Origin: the human T2T-CHM13v2.0 reference genome, Homo sapiens
Length of the DNA: 64,000 bases
NCBI RefSeq assembly: GCF_009914755.1
Contig: NC_060928.1
Strand: one strand, 5' to 3'
The notes beneath the pieces were generated by a model. It ran no database searches. It worked only from the letters and a program-made list of their open reading frames with translations, and was not told where the DNA came from. Of the stretch, positions 16,686-29,655 are shown piece by piece. Position numbers and translations under genes: made by a program. How positions within the stretch are numbered: the stretch's first letter is position 1; each line of letters opens with the position of its first letter.

Positions 16686-16876
16686 TGCTAAGAGAGTAGA
16701 TTTTAAGTGTTCTCAGAACAAAAATGATAATTCTGTGAGGTATAATGCATATGTTAATTAGCCCAATTTAGCCATTCCACAACATACATGTATTTCAAAA
16801 CATCATGTTGCACTTGATAAATATATGCAATTTTGTCAATTAAAAAATGATTTAAAAAATGTGAAAAAAAAAAAAA
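16686..16876 (+). other. L1HS 3' transduction (old L1MA 3'-end sequence) plus second poly(A)
   Basis: Lies between the first poly(A) (16661-16685) and a second poly(A) (16864-16876), inside the TSD; attaaa at ~16839. Confidence 0.9.
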
Positions 16877-16891
16877 GAATAAATAATACTC
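16875..16891 (+). repeat. Right 17-bp target site duplication of L1HS
   Basis: aagaataaataatactc, identical to 10628-10644. Confidence 0.97.
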
Positions 16892-17240
16892 ATCCAATAC
16901 AAAGTCTTCCAGAGAAAATGTAAATAAATGCTTTCTATTTATTTTATGGGGACTGCATCACCCTCAAACTAAGATATTATAAAAGCATCATCAGATAAGA
17001 AAACTACAAGATGTCCTAGAGCTTCTCCCCAAATAAGACCTTGAAATGAGAAATTAGGAGTTTGTGGTTTCTGTGGTTGGTTATCCCAACAGGCACAAGT
17101 GAGGGAGATGAACAGGTCAGACGGGGAAGGAGGGAAGCAGTCCAACTAGCTGAAAAGATCATGGTCTATTAAACTTTACCACAGATCTCAGTGGAACAAG
17201 GCAACTGGCGGTCACTCTGGCAGCACTATTAGGATAATTT

Positions 17241-17314
17241 TATATATATATATATATATATACGTATATATATATATATATACGTATATATATATATATA
17301 CGTGTATATATATA
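17241..17314. repeat. (TA)n microsatellite interrupted by CG
   Basis: tatata...tacgtata...tacgtata...tacgtgtatata. Confidence 0.95.
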
Positions 17315-18477
17315 ATATAGGTGCCAATTTTTCAAGATGTCATAACCAATATTGTGCTTTATTAGCATTTGTCTGGTTATTACAATGTTTTCCCATTCAA
17401 GTCCTGGGCATGATTTTTAATACAATTTTTTTCTCTAGCCATAGGAGATGAAAGTCTCTTTCATTTTCCCATAGAATTCTTCTGGACTTCACGATGAACA
17501 TTTAGTTGGTATTTAGAATTCGCTCGTCATTTTCTTCTATCATTGTATTGATAGCACTGAACAGAAAATATCCAAATCCACATTTGTTTCAATAATTAGT
17601 GCTATCATGTAACTCATACAGTGGCATAAGCCAGTGTTTCCCACCTGTATGCCATTCCAGTTCATCAGAGGTGTAATGATGGTCCATGCAAGGGACTATT
17701 ACAAATAGGTATACCACCAGTTAATAGGTTCTTGTTGCAGCCTTGTCTGAGACCACATATACTTCAGAACCCCATCCTGAGAATATGCGTCCTAGAACAC
17801 TAGAAGCAGGTTCTGAGCAAAAGGATCATGGGCAATAGTTTATTTGGAAAATGCAGGATGCACAAAAGGGGGAATGGGAAACTCAGACGGAGAAGCAAAG
17901 ACAGCCAATAAGGGGTATATTATCAAACCAGCTCACACTCTGGGTAACTGATGTTTAATTCCATGGGGAAGTTCTTAGAGTAAAAACATGTGCCTCAGTT
18001 TTATCCCATCTAGGACATAGGCTAATACTTCCAGTACAATGATAGATATGATGGTAGCAGGCATACCATGTCTCTTTCCAAACCCAGAAGAAAATCTTTC
18101 AACATTTCACAACTATGTATGATTATTAGGTTTTTATAGATGTATTTTATCAGTGTCAGTTTTATTCTATTTCTAATTGGCTAAGAGTTTTGTTTTGTTT
18201 TTAAATGAATTCTAATCAGGAATTATTGTGAATGACATTTACAAACTGAATACAAAATTTCTAAAGAAAATATTATCAAACCAAATTTAGCAGTATATTT
18301 AAAACTTATGATAATCAAATAATAGTAGTCCAGAAATTTAAATTTAAAACCACAATCACTGGTCTGTAATATAAAAGAAAGGAATATAAAAGTAGACAGT
18401 TCTGCTATGTACATTTCTTATTTTCTAGTAACTACACATTCATATGTTTATAAATATATACTGTATATATTTACTAG

Positions 18478-18830
<353 letters not shown>

Positions 18831-19434
18831 GACACTATTCTAAATGCTTTGCATATATATATATATGTTCAGTTATCTCTCAAAAGTAGCTATGAACCAT
18901 TAGCATCAATTTATCTACAAATAAGGACTATAAGGCCCAGAGAGTTTATTCATACTAGTTAACAAATTAACATGATTTTAAATTCCCAAAATTTGACTCC
19001 AAGGATTTTTTTATGACTATACTATACTGCTTTAACTGAAAAATGCCAGAAAAACTTGCTGTGATTTGTTACATTAATAGCCTAAAGAGGATACTTCAAT
19101 ATCCAGAAATAATACTTTAATTTAAAAATCAATAATCAATTCTAAAAAACAATTCATGCAAGTCTGCTTTCTCTAACCTGAAAATGCTCTTTCAAAAAAA
19201 CCCACATTAAACATCGTACCTAATCATGAAAGGGGAAGAGGGAAAGAGGTGCCTATTAAAATTACTTCTATTTGACTTTTTACCAGGAATCCTAGCCCAT
19301 TTACTAAGATGAGAAAATGGATATCAGTATGTGGATTTCAAAGGAAGCATAGTGATTATTTGAAGACAGGAAAGTTCCAAGAAAATATATAGACAAATTA
19401 CTGAAATTATTTAAAACTCCATGAGCTATCTAGG

Positions 19435-19801
19435 TGTCTTAGTCTATCTGGATTGCTACAATAAGATACCATGAACTGGGTAGCTGACAAACAACAGAAA
19501 TGTATCTCTTACAGTTCTAGATGTTGGGAAGTCCAAGACCAAGTAACTAGCAGAATCAGTATCTGGTGAAGGCACACTTTCTAATTCATAGATTGTTCCT
19601 TCTCATTGTGTCCTCACATGGTAGAATTGGGATATAATCTCCCTTGGGCCTACTTTGTAAGGGCACAAATCCCACTTATAAGAGCTCTGCCTTCATGATC
19701 TAATCACCTACTGAAGAGTCCCACCTACTAATACTACTACTTTGAGGGAGAGGATTTTAACATATGAAAGTTGGGGGAACATAAATATTTGATCCATAGC
19801 A
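19435..19801 (-). mobile_element. MLT1A-type MaLR solo LTR
   Basis: tgtcttagtct...gggaagtccaagacc...gatccatagca; 5-bp TSD ctagg. Confidence 0.85.
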
Positions 19802-22797
19802 CTAGGTATACAGACGACAATCAACATTTTAAAAATTTGACCAAAATAAAAAATTAGAAAATAAATAAAAATAAAAGTAGAAGTATCTATTCATAATATG
19901 ATAAAAATTATAAGGCACTTGGGAATAAATCTGATGAGATATTTAAGACCATTTTGAAAAATCAAAAACATTTTGTAAAAATGCTATATAAATGTCTCAT
20001 ATGAGAAGACTCAAAAAGGATGCAGGACTTTTTGGTAAATATGATGGAATTAAACAGAATTACAGAGTAATAAGCAAACATATGATTTTTACATTATTTG
20101 AAATAGAGCTAAAAGTATTGAATTTTTGCCATATTCAGTATTGGAAACCATTATGCTTAGTTAAGAAAAAAGTAAATTTGCTAACATGTGGAAAAGCTCA
20201 GCAAAATTTAAGAAAGTGAGAAAAGAAATTTTACCATATAAGTTATCAAAATAAAATAGATTACTGAGGATGTTCCAAGACCAGCAGAATAGTTGATAAT
20301 TATTTGGCATGTAGAACATGATTATTATTCTGTAAATTGGCTGAATCTATACTGCTAGGGTGGTATTAAGACTGGTAGAAAACATTACTCAATATGTCAA
20401 CTCTAAATGGAAATACTGAATGGCCCTTTTACTTTACTTCTACTTCTGTTTTACCAGCTAACAGAAATTTCTGTTTTCTCCAAGGAGATCTTTTTAAATA
20501 AAATCTATGTTATATAGGGGAAAAATATTTTCTGCCCAGGAATCAAATCTGTCTTTTTAATTCACCTCACAAAACCCAAATACTGTTTCAGTGTTTAAGC
20601 TTGTACCCATGCATCCCTTGAACTTCCGAGGAAGCTTAGAAAATCCATCTTTTGGACTAATGTAAATTTATGCATAAATAGGCTGGGATTTTTCAGAGAT
20701 GCTCACACTCAAGAGAAAGCAAATATGAAACATGACCTCCATTGTGTTCTGGACCTCGTGGTGTAAGATCTGAAGACAGCAAACAAAAAGAACATATGTA
20801 AGAGTATCACAGTAAAATGGAACCACTTAAATATGCTGATCCTGAGTCCTCTAATCCTATGGATTCCTACTTGCAAGCTAAAGAGTCTTTAGTCTTTAAT
20901 CCAGAATGAGTCAATATTTTAATTTCTTCCAGCAAAAGTCATCTTAACTGATGTTTGTAGTTTGACTCAATGTTATCTTTCTAGAGATGAACAAGTTTTA
21001 TCGATCATAATTAAAGTCAGGAGGAAAATAATAGAACATTTCACATTAGACATTAAGAATTATTTATCTAATATTTAATGTGGTGATTAACAAATTCACT
21101 GTTTCCAAAAATAAATCCTGAAATGGGGTCAAATTCCTACTGTTCTATGAATTCTTTTCTGATATTTTACTCATCCCAGACATAAGTATATTAAGTTGAA
21201 CCACCTGATATTCCATTTTTGAAAAGCAAAATGATCAAATATTAATAATTTTATCTGCTTTTTTAATACTGGCAGAATGATAGAAACTAGGCAAAGTAAA
21301 GTGACTACAATATAATCTCTTTCTTCAAAGAGCTTCCAACTGATATCTGGTAGTTAGGGAATAAATAGTATTCAAGTGGCTGATACTTGCTAGAGAAAAA
21401 ATATAAATAAAACCTGAAAACTGAAAAGGAGAGGATTGTGGGAAATGTGTAAATTTGCCATTCATTACCTAAAAATTATGAAGTAATTGTTTTGTCATTA
21501 AGAAGAGTGATAATCTATCTTTAGAATATTATTCACTACCTTATAATTAGAATCACATAAGTTCAGAAAAGTAAATTTTTGTCTTTCTTCGTAAATAATG
21601 TAGGACTTTTTCTTTTAATTTGGTACTTGAAAAAGATAAAACATGGTGTCAAAGAGATATATAGCAGTACCTCTTGGTTAAGAGGCATTGTAATAGTTTA
21701 CTTTTATGTAGAACATATAGACTGTTTTTTCCAGATAGAAGTTAAGAAGATAATGTTTAGATGCAGACATTTTATAAGCAGGAGCATCTGGAAGTTCTGT
21801 AATGTGGTAGTTACATAAAGAAAATATATAACTCACAGTGCTGAGTATCAGTTTACATATAAGAGTTCAGCTACAACATTTGTTCACAACAGAGTACACA
21901 TTATTCTTTTATTGAGGAAAGTGGAAATTAAACTGTGAAGAAATGTTCTGAACAAGTTCCAGATCTAGAAAGGAATTTAAGGTACAATTCAAACTAAGAA
22001 ACATGCTGTTCATTTTGTTTTCACAAAATGTGATATACATTCATTTTGTTCCAGAATGAAAAAAAAAAAAAAAAAGAAAAAAAGGAGCCTCCTGTTAAAA
22101 TCACAGCCACTGCAAATTCACCTTTAAATTTAGCAAGCCAGAACCATGTGGCATATTTGATTTGGATATCTCCGTCTTTAGGTATTTGTTTACTTAAGAA
22201 CTTGAGTACTAAGCATATTGAGGAAAACATCAGCCATGCAGACTGAAAGTATATTTGTAGATGCAGCCCTTTAGAAAGAGCAAGAACTCCGGAAAGCTGC
22301 TCCTCCATAAAAGCAAAAGGAATATTGACAAAATCCTACAAATCAACTTTTTCTTAACTCTGGAAATCGATCAAAGTCATGGAACAATCTAAGTAAACAT
22401 TACTCAAGAAAGAAATAATGAATCTCAGTAAGAAGAGTGAGGTTTGATGGGTTATATACAAAAGGCCCTATGCCCATCCCTTGGTCCCAGCTGCACAGAA
22501 GCCTTGAAAATTAACAGAATGGCTAGTAGAAGCTGTGAAATCCAGCAGCCTAGTCACCACTAGGGGTGAGGAGGAATGAGTTTGGAACTCTCTATAAATC
22601 TAAACATCAGAGAATTGTCACTATATACCTGTTTGTACTATTCCCCAAAAGCTCAATTCTTAGGATTTGTCTTTAGTTTACTTAATTCAGATCTTGTTCT
22701 GGGCAAAAGGCCCTTGCTGTGGGACTTTGTCTGAAACAATCCCTGACAGTTTAAATCTCACCTGCCTGAGATGACAATAACTGGGAGTAAGAAGAAG

Positions 22798-23158
22798 CGA
22801 TACGGTTTGGCTGTGTCCCCACCCAAATCTCATCTTGAATTGTAGCTCTCATGATTCTCACATGTCATGGGAAGGACCCAGTGAGAGGTAATTGAATTAT
22901 GAGTCGGGTCTTTCCCAAGCTGTTCTCTTGATAGTGAATAAGTCTCATGAAATCTGATGGTTTTATAAAGGGGAGTTCACCTGCACAAGCTCTCTTGCCA
23001 GCTGCCATGTAAGATGTCCCTTTGCTCTTCCTTAGTCTTCTACCAAGATTGTGAGGCCCCCAGGCATGTGTATCTGTAAGTCCATTAAACCTCTTTCCTT
23101 TATAAATTACCTAGTCTCAGGTATATCTTTATTAGCAGCATGAGAACAGACTAATAGA
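22798..23158 (+). mobile_element. THE1-family solo LTR
   Basis: gatacggtttggctgtgtccccacccaaatctcatc...gagaacagactaataga. Confidence 0.9.
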
Positions 23159-23609
23159 GAGGCTAACAAAAAAACGTAAAAGTAAGGGAGTTAATACAGG
23201 CCTTTGAAAGCTCTAACATATTCCTGGAAATCAAGAAGAAAATACTCACATGCAGGACTGTGTACATGCCAAGGAAAGATGAAAAAAGGTTTAAACTCTC
23301 GGCTCAAACATTGAGAACCTGACAAGAAGGAAGTGAAAGCAAAGGCAGATTTTTAAACTACCTGTCAGGGCATTGAAAGCAAAACCCAATACAAGCACAG
23401 AGCCCTTCCACTAAAGCTGAGACTGGGTGACTTATTGGTTCAAGGTACTTAAGAAAACCTCTTTTCAAATATTAGCTGACAATGAAACTAACAAAGCAGA
23501 GACTTCAGTGTCTCCACAAGACAAAGAATATAAACTTTATAGAATTAGTACAGAAAAATCACAAAGTAAAAAATAGAAACAACAACAAAAACAATACAAC
23601 AGTCAGCAA

Positions 23610-23674
23610 TCACATGAAACCCCAGGGAAGGGGAATATCTGATTTTCACATGAAACCCCAGGGAAGGGGATCTG
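23610..23674 (+). repeat. Local tandem duplication (period ~36 bp)
   Basis: tcacatgaaaccccagggaagggga occurs twice (23610, 23646). Confidence 0.85.
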
Positions 23675-25882
23675 CACAGTTGCCTTATATTATATACAAT
23701 GTCTACTTTTTAAGAAAACATTATAACATATCCACAACAAAACAACAACAACAAAAAAGTGACTGGCTCATGCATGAGGGAAAAAGGAGTCAATAGAAGC
23801 TCTCCCTAAGAAAGCTCAGACATTAGACTTAGTAGTCAGAGTTTAATTTCGTTCTATAAATATGTTCAAACAGCTAAAAGAAACCATGCCTAAAGAATGA
23901 AAGAACAAATGAATGAAACATATCTCACAAAATAGGGAACAGTAATTAATAGAAATGAATTCTTAAAAGACAACATAAAATAATTCTATAATTAAAACTT
24001 ACTATGACTGAAATTTCAAACATTCACTAGAGAGGATAAACAGCAGACTTGAACTTATTTTTTTCTTAAAAAAAAGAATCATTGAACTTGAAGGCTGGTC
24101 CGTTGAAATTATCCAGTCTGAGGAGCAGGGGAAGAAAAAGAATAAAGAAAAATGAACAGAACATCAGAATCCTATGATATACCATCAAGCATATTAACAT
24201 GTACATAATTGAAGTCTCAAGAGGTGAGTGAGAAAGGGACAGAAAGAATATTTTAAAAAATATTTTTATTTTTAAAAATCTTTTCATATTTAATGAAGAT
24301 ATGAATCTGTTCATCTGAGAAGTCAATTAATTCCAGAACAATAAACCTGAGCGATCCACACCCAGACACATCATAGTGAAACTGATAAAAGACAAAGATT
24401 TTGAAATGAACAAGAGTTTAGCAACTCATCACATATGAGGAATACTCAAAAAGATTAAAAGTTGATTCTTTATCAGACAAAGGAGAACAAATGTCTGTGG
24501 GACAATATATTCAAAGTAGTAGGGGGAAAAAACAATTTCAACAAAGAAGTCTGTAGTCAGAAAAACTATTCTTTTAATTTTAATGAGACATTAAGACTAA
24601 CTAAATAAACAAAAAATAGACTTTATCACTAGGAAACTTGTCCTATAAGAAACACTAAAGTGAATTCCTTAGCAAAAGCTATCAAAGAGCAATTCAAATC
24701 CACAGGAAGAAATAAAGAACACTGTTGTGCAGATAAATATGAAATACTTTATAAATTTATTTTTCTTTGTAATAATTTGTTTCTGAACAAATAAATTAAA
24801 ACTGTGTTGATGGGTTTATAATATATAAAGATGTTCATTTGTAAGAAAACAGGACAAAGAAGTGGGGAATGGAGCTATATTATGACAAAGTTTTTTATAC
24901 TATATAAATTGCTGGCCTTCATGGAAACCACATTGTTTTAGCTAAGATGTCATCTGTAATCCTCAGGGAATCTTCCAAGAAAATAACTTTCAGCACATGG
25001 TAAAGAAAACAAAAGGGAAGTAAAGTAACACTATAGAAAATATGTATTTTGCACAAAAGAAGCAGTAAAAAAAGAAATAACTGAACAAAAATATCAAATT
25101 TAAGTTTTATACTTTATAACTACTTAAATTTAACTTAAACAGATTAAACACTCAAAAAAAAAAAACCTCACACGGCAGACTGGCAGAAGTGATTAGAAAA
25201 CATGATCCAACTCTATATTGTCAGTAAGTGATGTACTTTAGAGTCAAAGACATACATAGATTGAAAGTAAAAGGAAGGAAATAAATACATAATACAAAGA
25301 TATGCAGCTGCTATATTATTATCAAACAAAATAGACTTTAAAACAAAAAGTATAACTGGAGACAAAGAAGAGCATTTTGTGATAATGAAAGTGTTCAACC
25401 ATCAAAAACATGTAACAACTATAAACATGTATGCACCTAAAACACCGCTCTAAAATACATCAAGCAAAGGCTGATGTAACTGAAGGGAAAATAACAAGTC
25501 AACAATAATAACTGGAGACTTAATATCCTATTTTAAATAATAGAACAACTAGACAGAAGATGAACACAAAAATAAAAGACAACATGAAAAAATCAAGTAA
25601 TCTTAGACAACTAGGGAACAATCTATACAACAAAAGCTGAACATACGTTATCCTGAAGTGTGCATGAAACATTTATCAGGATAGACCAAATCATATGTTA
25701 GACCATAAAATAAGTGTCAATAAATTTTAAAAGATTTAGATGACCCAAATTACAATTTCCAAACACAATAGAATCAAATTAGTAGTCTATACTAGAAAGA
25801 AATTTGGGCATTTTATAAATAGGTGAAAATTAAGCAATATATTCTTAAATAACCAGTAGGTCAAAATATATGTAGAAAAAGG

Positions 25883-26188
25883 GGCCAGGTGCGGTGGCTC
25901 ATGCCTGTAATCCCAGCACTTTGGGAGGCTGAGGCGGGTGGATCACAAGGTCAGGAGATCGAGACCATCCTGGCTAACACGGTGAAACCCCGTCTCTACT
26001 AAAAATGTAAAAAACAATTAGCCGGGCGTGGTGGCAGGTGCCTGTAGTCCCAGCTATTCAGGAGGCTGAGGCAGGAGGATGGCATGAACCCGGGAGGCAG
26101 AGCTTCCAGTGAGCCGAGATCACGCCACTGCACTCCAGCCTGGGCGACAGAGCAAGAAGACTCCGTCTCAAAAGAAAAAAAAGAAAAA
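25883..26188 (+). mobile_element. AluY
   Basis: gatcgagaccatcctggctaacacggtgaaacccc and ggcatgaacccgggaggc diagnostics; TSD-like agaaaaag. Confidence 0.93.
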
Positions 26189-26854
26189 GCATTTGACAAA
26201 ATCCAATATCCTTCTAATTTTAAACTATCTAACAAGTAGGAACAGAAGGGAATTTCTTAAATCTGATAAAGAGTAGCAAAAAAAAATCCGTAGTTAATAT
26301 TATACTTAATGGTGAAAGACTGAAAGCTTTTACCTAAAATCAGGACCAATACAAGAAGGATGTTATTCTCACCACTTTTATTTAATACTAAAATAGGGGT
26401 CCTAGCCTGAGAACTCAGGCAAATAAAAGAAAGTATTTGCAGATGGCCTAGGCTTACATATAAAGAATTTTAAAGAATCAATTTATAAAACTATAGAGCT
26501 AATAAATGAGTCTAGCAAAGTTGCTATATATAAGACTAGTCAACAAAAATCAATTTATTTTTATAGACAAGCAATGAACAATCTGAAAATGAAACTAATA
26601 AAACTATTTATGATAGTAACAATAAGAATAAAACAGGAATAAATATTACAAAGGAAGTGGAAGATTTATACACTTAAAATTATAAAACATGGCAAAAGAA
26701 ATTCAAGAAATACTAAATAAACATCAAAAATCCCATATTTGTAGAAAGGAGTTTATTATATTGAGACAAAATTCCTCAAATTAATCTGCAGATTTAGCAT
26801 AATCCCAATCAAAATACCAGATATCTTTCTTGCACAAACTAAGAAGCTGATCTG

Positions 26855-27154
26855 GGCCAGGTGCAGTGGTTCACGCCCATAATTCCAGCACTTTTGGAGG
26901 CCAAGGTTGGTGGATCACTTGATGTCAGGAATTCAAGACCAGCCTGGCCAACATGGTGAAACTTTGTCTCTACTAAAAATACAAAAATTAGCCAGATGTG
27001 GAGGTGGGTGCCTATAATCCTAGCTACTCAAGAGACTGAGGCAGGAGAATCACTTGAACCTAGGCAGCAGAAGTTGCAGTGAGCCAAGATGGCACCACAG
27101 CACTCCTGCCTGGGCAGCAGAGTCAGAATCTGTCTCAAAAAACAAAAACAAAAA
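26855..27154 (+). mobile_element. AluS (Sx/Sz-like)
   Basis: Full dimer; TSD aagctgatct/aaggtgatct. Confidence 0.9.
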
Positions 27155-27201
27155 GGTGATCTTAAAATTCATATAAAAATGCAAATGACACAGAACACCC
27201 A

Positions 27202-27561
27202 TGTGTTAGTTCATTTTCACACTGCTGATAAAGATGTACCCAAGGCTGGGCAATTTACAAAAGAAAGAGGTTTCATGGACTCACAGCTCCACGTGGCTGG
27301 GGTAGCCTCACAATCATGGGGGAAGGTGAAAGGCTAGTCTCATATGGTGGCAGAAAAGAGAAGAGAACTTATGCAGGGAAACTCCCCTTTATAAAGCCAT
27401 CATATCTTGTGAGACTTATTCACTATCACAAGAACAGCATGGGAAAGATCCACCCCCATGATTCAATTACGTCCCACCAAGTCCCCCTCATGACATGTAG
27501 GAATTGTAGGAACTACAATTCAAGATGACATTTGGGTTGGGGACCCAGCCAAACCATATCA
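27202..27561 (-). mobile_element. THE1-family solo LTR
   Basis: tgtgttagttcattttcacactgctgataaag...agccaaaccatatca; 5-bp TSD accca. Confidence 0.92.
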
Positions 27562-29058
27562 ACCCAGAACCAATTTGGAAAAAGAAAAACAAAATTTGAA
27601 GGCTCACATTTCTTGATTTCAAAACTTACTGTGAATCTACATTGATCCAGAAATGTGGTACTGGCAAAATGACAGACAAGTAGATAAATGGAATGGAATT
27701 GAGTGTCCAGAAATAAACTCCTCTATTATTTTCAATTGATTTTAGCATTACGAAGACAATTCAATGGGGAACTTAATAGCCATTTCAGCAAATCATGCTG
27801 GGACAGCTAGACACATACCTCACACCATGTACTAAAATTAACCTTAAATGGATAATAGACCTACATATTAGAACTAAAAAGATGGAAGTCTTAGAAAAAA
27901 ATAGGAATAAATGTTTATGAACTTGAGCTGGCAATAGTTTCTTAGATCTTACACTAAAACACAATTGAGAAAAGAAACAGTTAAAATAAATTTCATTAAA
28001 ATAAGAAAATACATTTGTGATTCAAAGAACATCAAGAAAATGAAAAGACAACTCAGTGTGAGAGAAAATGTTTGTAATAATATGTAAGTGTAGCGAATGC
28101 AGAATATGTAAAGAACTGTTACAGCACAAAAAGAAAATGACAATCCAATTAAAAACAGGCAAGGATTTGAATGGACATTTCTTCAAATATACAAATGACT
28201 AATATGTATATGAAAAATTCTCAACATAATTAGTCATTAGGGAAATGCTAATCAAAACCACAATATGATACCACTTTACACCTATGAGAATGGCTAAAAT
28301 AAAAGAGACAGACAACAATTGTTGACAAGGATGTGGAAAAACTGGAACATTCAAAAATTTCTGGTGGGAATACGAAAATGTAAAGCTACTTTTGAAGACA
28401 ATTTGAAAGTTCCTCAAAAAGTTAAACATAGAGTAACCATATGCCTTAGCAATTCCATTCCTAAGTAAAAACTCAAGAAAGCTGAAAACATATGTCTGCA
28501 CAAAAATGTCTACACAAATGTCCACAGCACTATTGTTCCTAATAGCTTAAAAGTGGAAGCCATTCAAGTATTCATTAATAAATGAATGTATTAACAAAAG
28601 TAATGCATTCACACAATAGAATATTATTTGGCCATAAAAAGGAACAATGTACTAATACATGCTACAACATGGATGAACTTCAAAAATATTGTGTTAAGGG
28701 AAAGAAATCAGTCACAAAATACGGCCTGTTGTATGATCTCATTTATATGGAGTGTTCAGAATAGTCCAAACCATGTAGACAGGAAGTAGATTCATGTTTA
28801 CCAGGGGCTGGGGAAAAGAAGAAATAGGGTGTGAGATTTCTTTTTTTTTTTTTTTTGAGGGAATGAAAATGTTCAAAAATCAGATAGTGGTGATGATTGT
28901 ACAACTCTGTGAATATTGTATAAACCACTGAATTGTACACATTAAAATGGTGAATTTTATGTCATGTGTATTATAGCTTAATAAATCTTTTATTACAAAA
29001 GAAAATACATTTTGGAATAAGAAGTCTATAAGAATATTTTTATATTTTAAAATATTGA

Positions 29059-29137
29059 TTGCAGTGAGCTGAGATTGTGCCACTGCACTCCAGCCTGGGC
29101 AACAGAGTGAAACTTTGTCTCAAAAACAAAAAAAAAA
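29059..29137 (+). mobile_element. Alu 3' terminal fragment
   Basis: ttgcagtgagctgagattgtgccactgcactccagcctgggcaacagag plus A tail. Confidence 0.9.
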
Positions 29138-29399
29138 TGGAAATTTGTGGTGAAGTGTAGAGTTAGTGTTCACTGGAAAATAAATTGACTCTAGACTTCA
29201 AGATAGAGATGCAGAAAAATGTACATCAAGATGTCTTTTAGAGTATCTGAGGATATAATTGAGGAAAGACAGGTACTGTTTTATTCAAGAAAATCATAAA
29301 AGTATCTCCCAAAGTTATTCATCTCGGTTCTGCTCCCACACTGTTGCTCCCAGGAATGTTACCTGTTTTCTACCTCCTGGCTACTGTTATGGCCAAGCC

Positions 29400-29655
29400 A
29401 GCAACCATGAAGAAAGTGAAAAGAATGCAGGACCACATGATGACTGTTGTGGGTAACTTCCCCCATAAAAAGTTAGAATTTTTATTTTATAACAGCATTT
29501 ATATAATGAAAAATGTATTACTATTATATATTTAAACACTTTCACTGACATAAAAGTTTATTTTTTTCTTCTGATTTAAAAAAAATGAAAAAGTTTCTTG
29601 GGACCCTAAAAGTAGGATGGGCCTAGGCACTGTGCCCAACGGATAAGTCAGTCTT
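29400..29655. mobile_element. Possible old hAT (Tip100-like) DNA transposon fragment
   Basis: End 'gggcctaggcactgtgcccaacggataagtcagtc' resembles hAT-Tip100 termini from memory. Confidence 0.3.

Larger units (their letters stand above)
22240..28990 (+). mobile_element. Long degraded L1MB-type LINE-1 (5' region, ORF1/ORF2 remnants with internal deletions, 3' end), interrupted by two Alus and two THE1 LTRs
   Basis: 'cccagacacatcatagtgaaact' (ORF1), 'ctggagacttaatatccta' (EN), 'gcatttgacaaaatccaa' (RT), 3' end 'ccactgaattgtacac..gtgaattttatg..ttatagcttaataaa'; left boundary approximate. Confidence 0.75.

Noticed and set aside
25860-26200. Alu-insertion-mediated deletion of ~1 kb of L1MB ORF2
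   Set aside because: The AluY has its own short duplication (agaaaaag), and the EN-to-RT jump lies just upstream of it, so the deletion appears independent.
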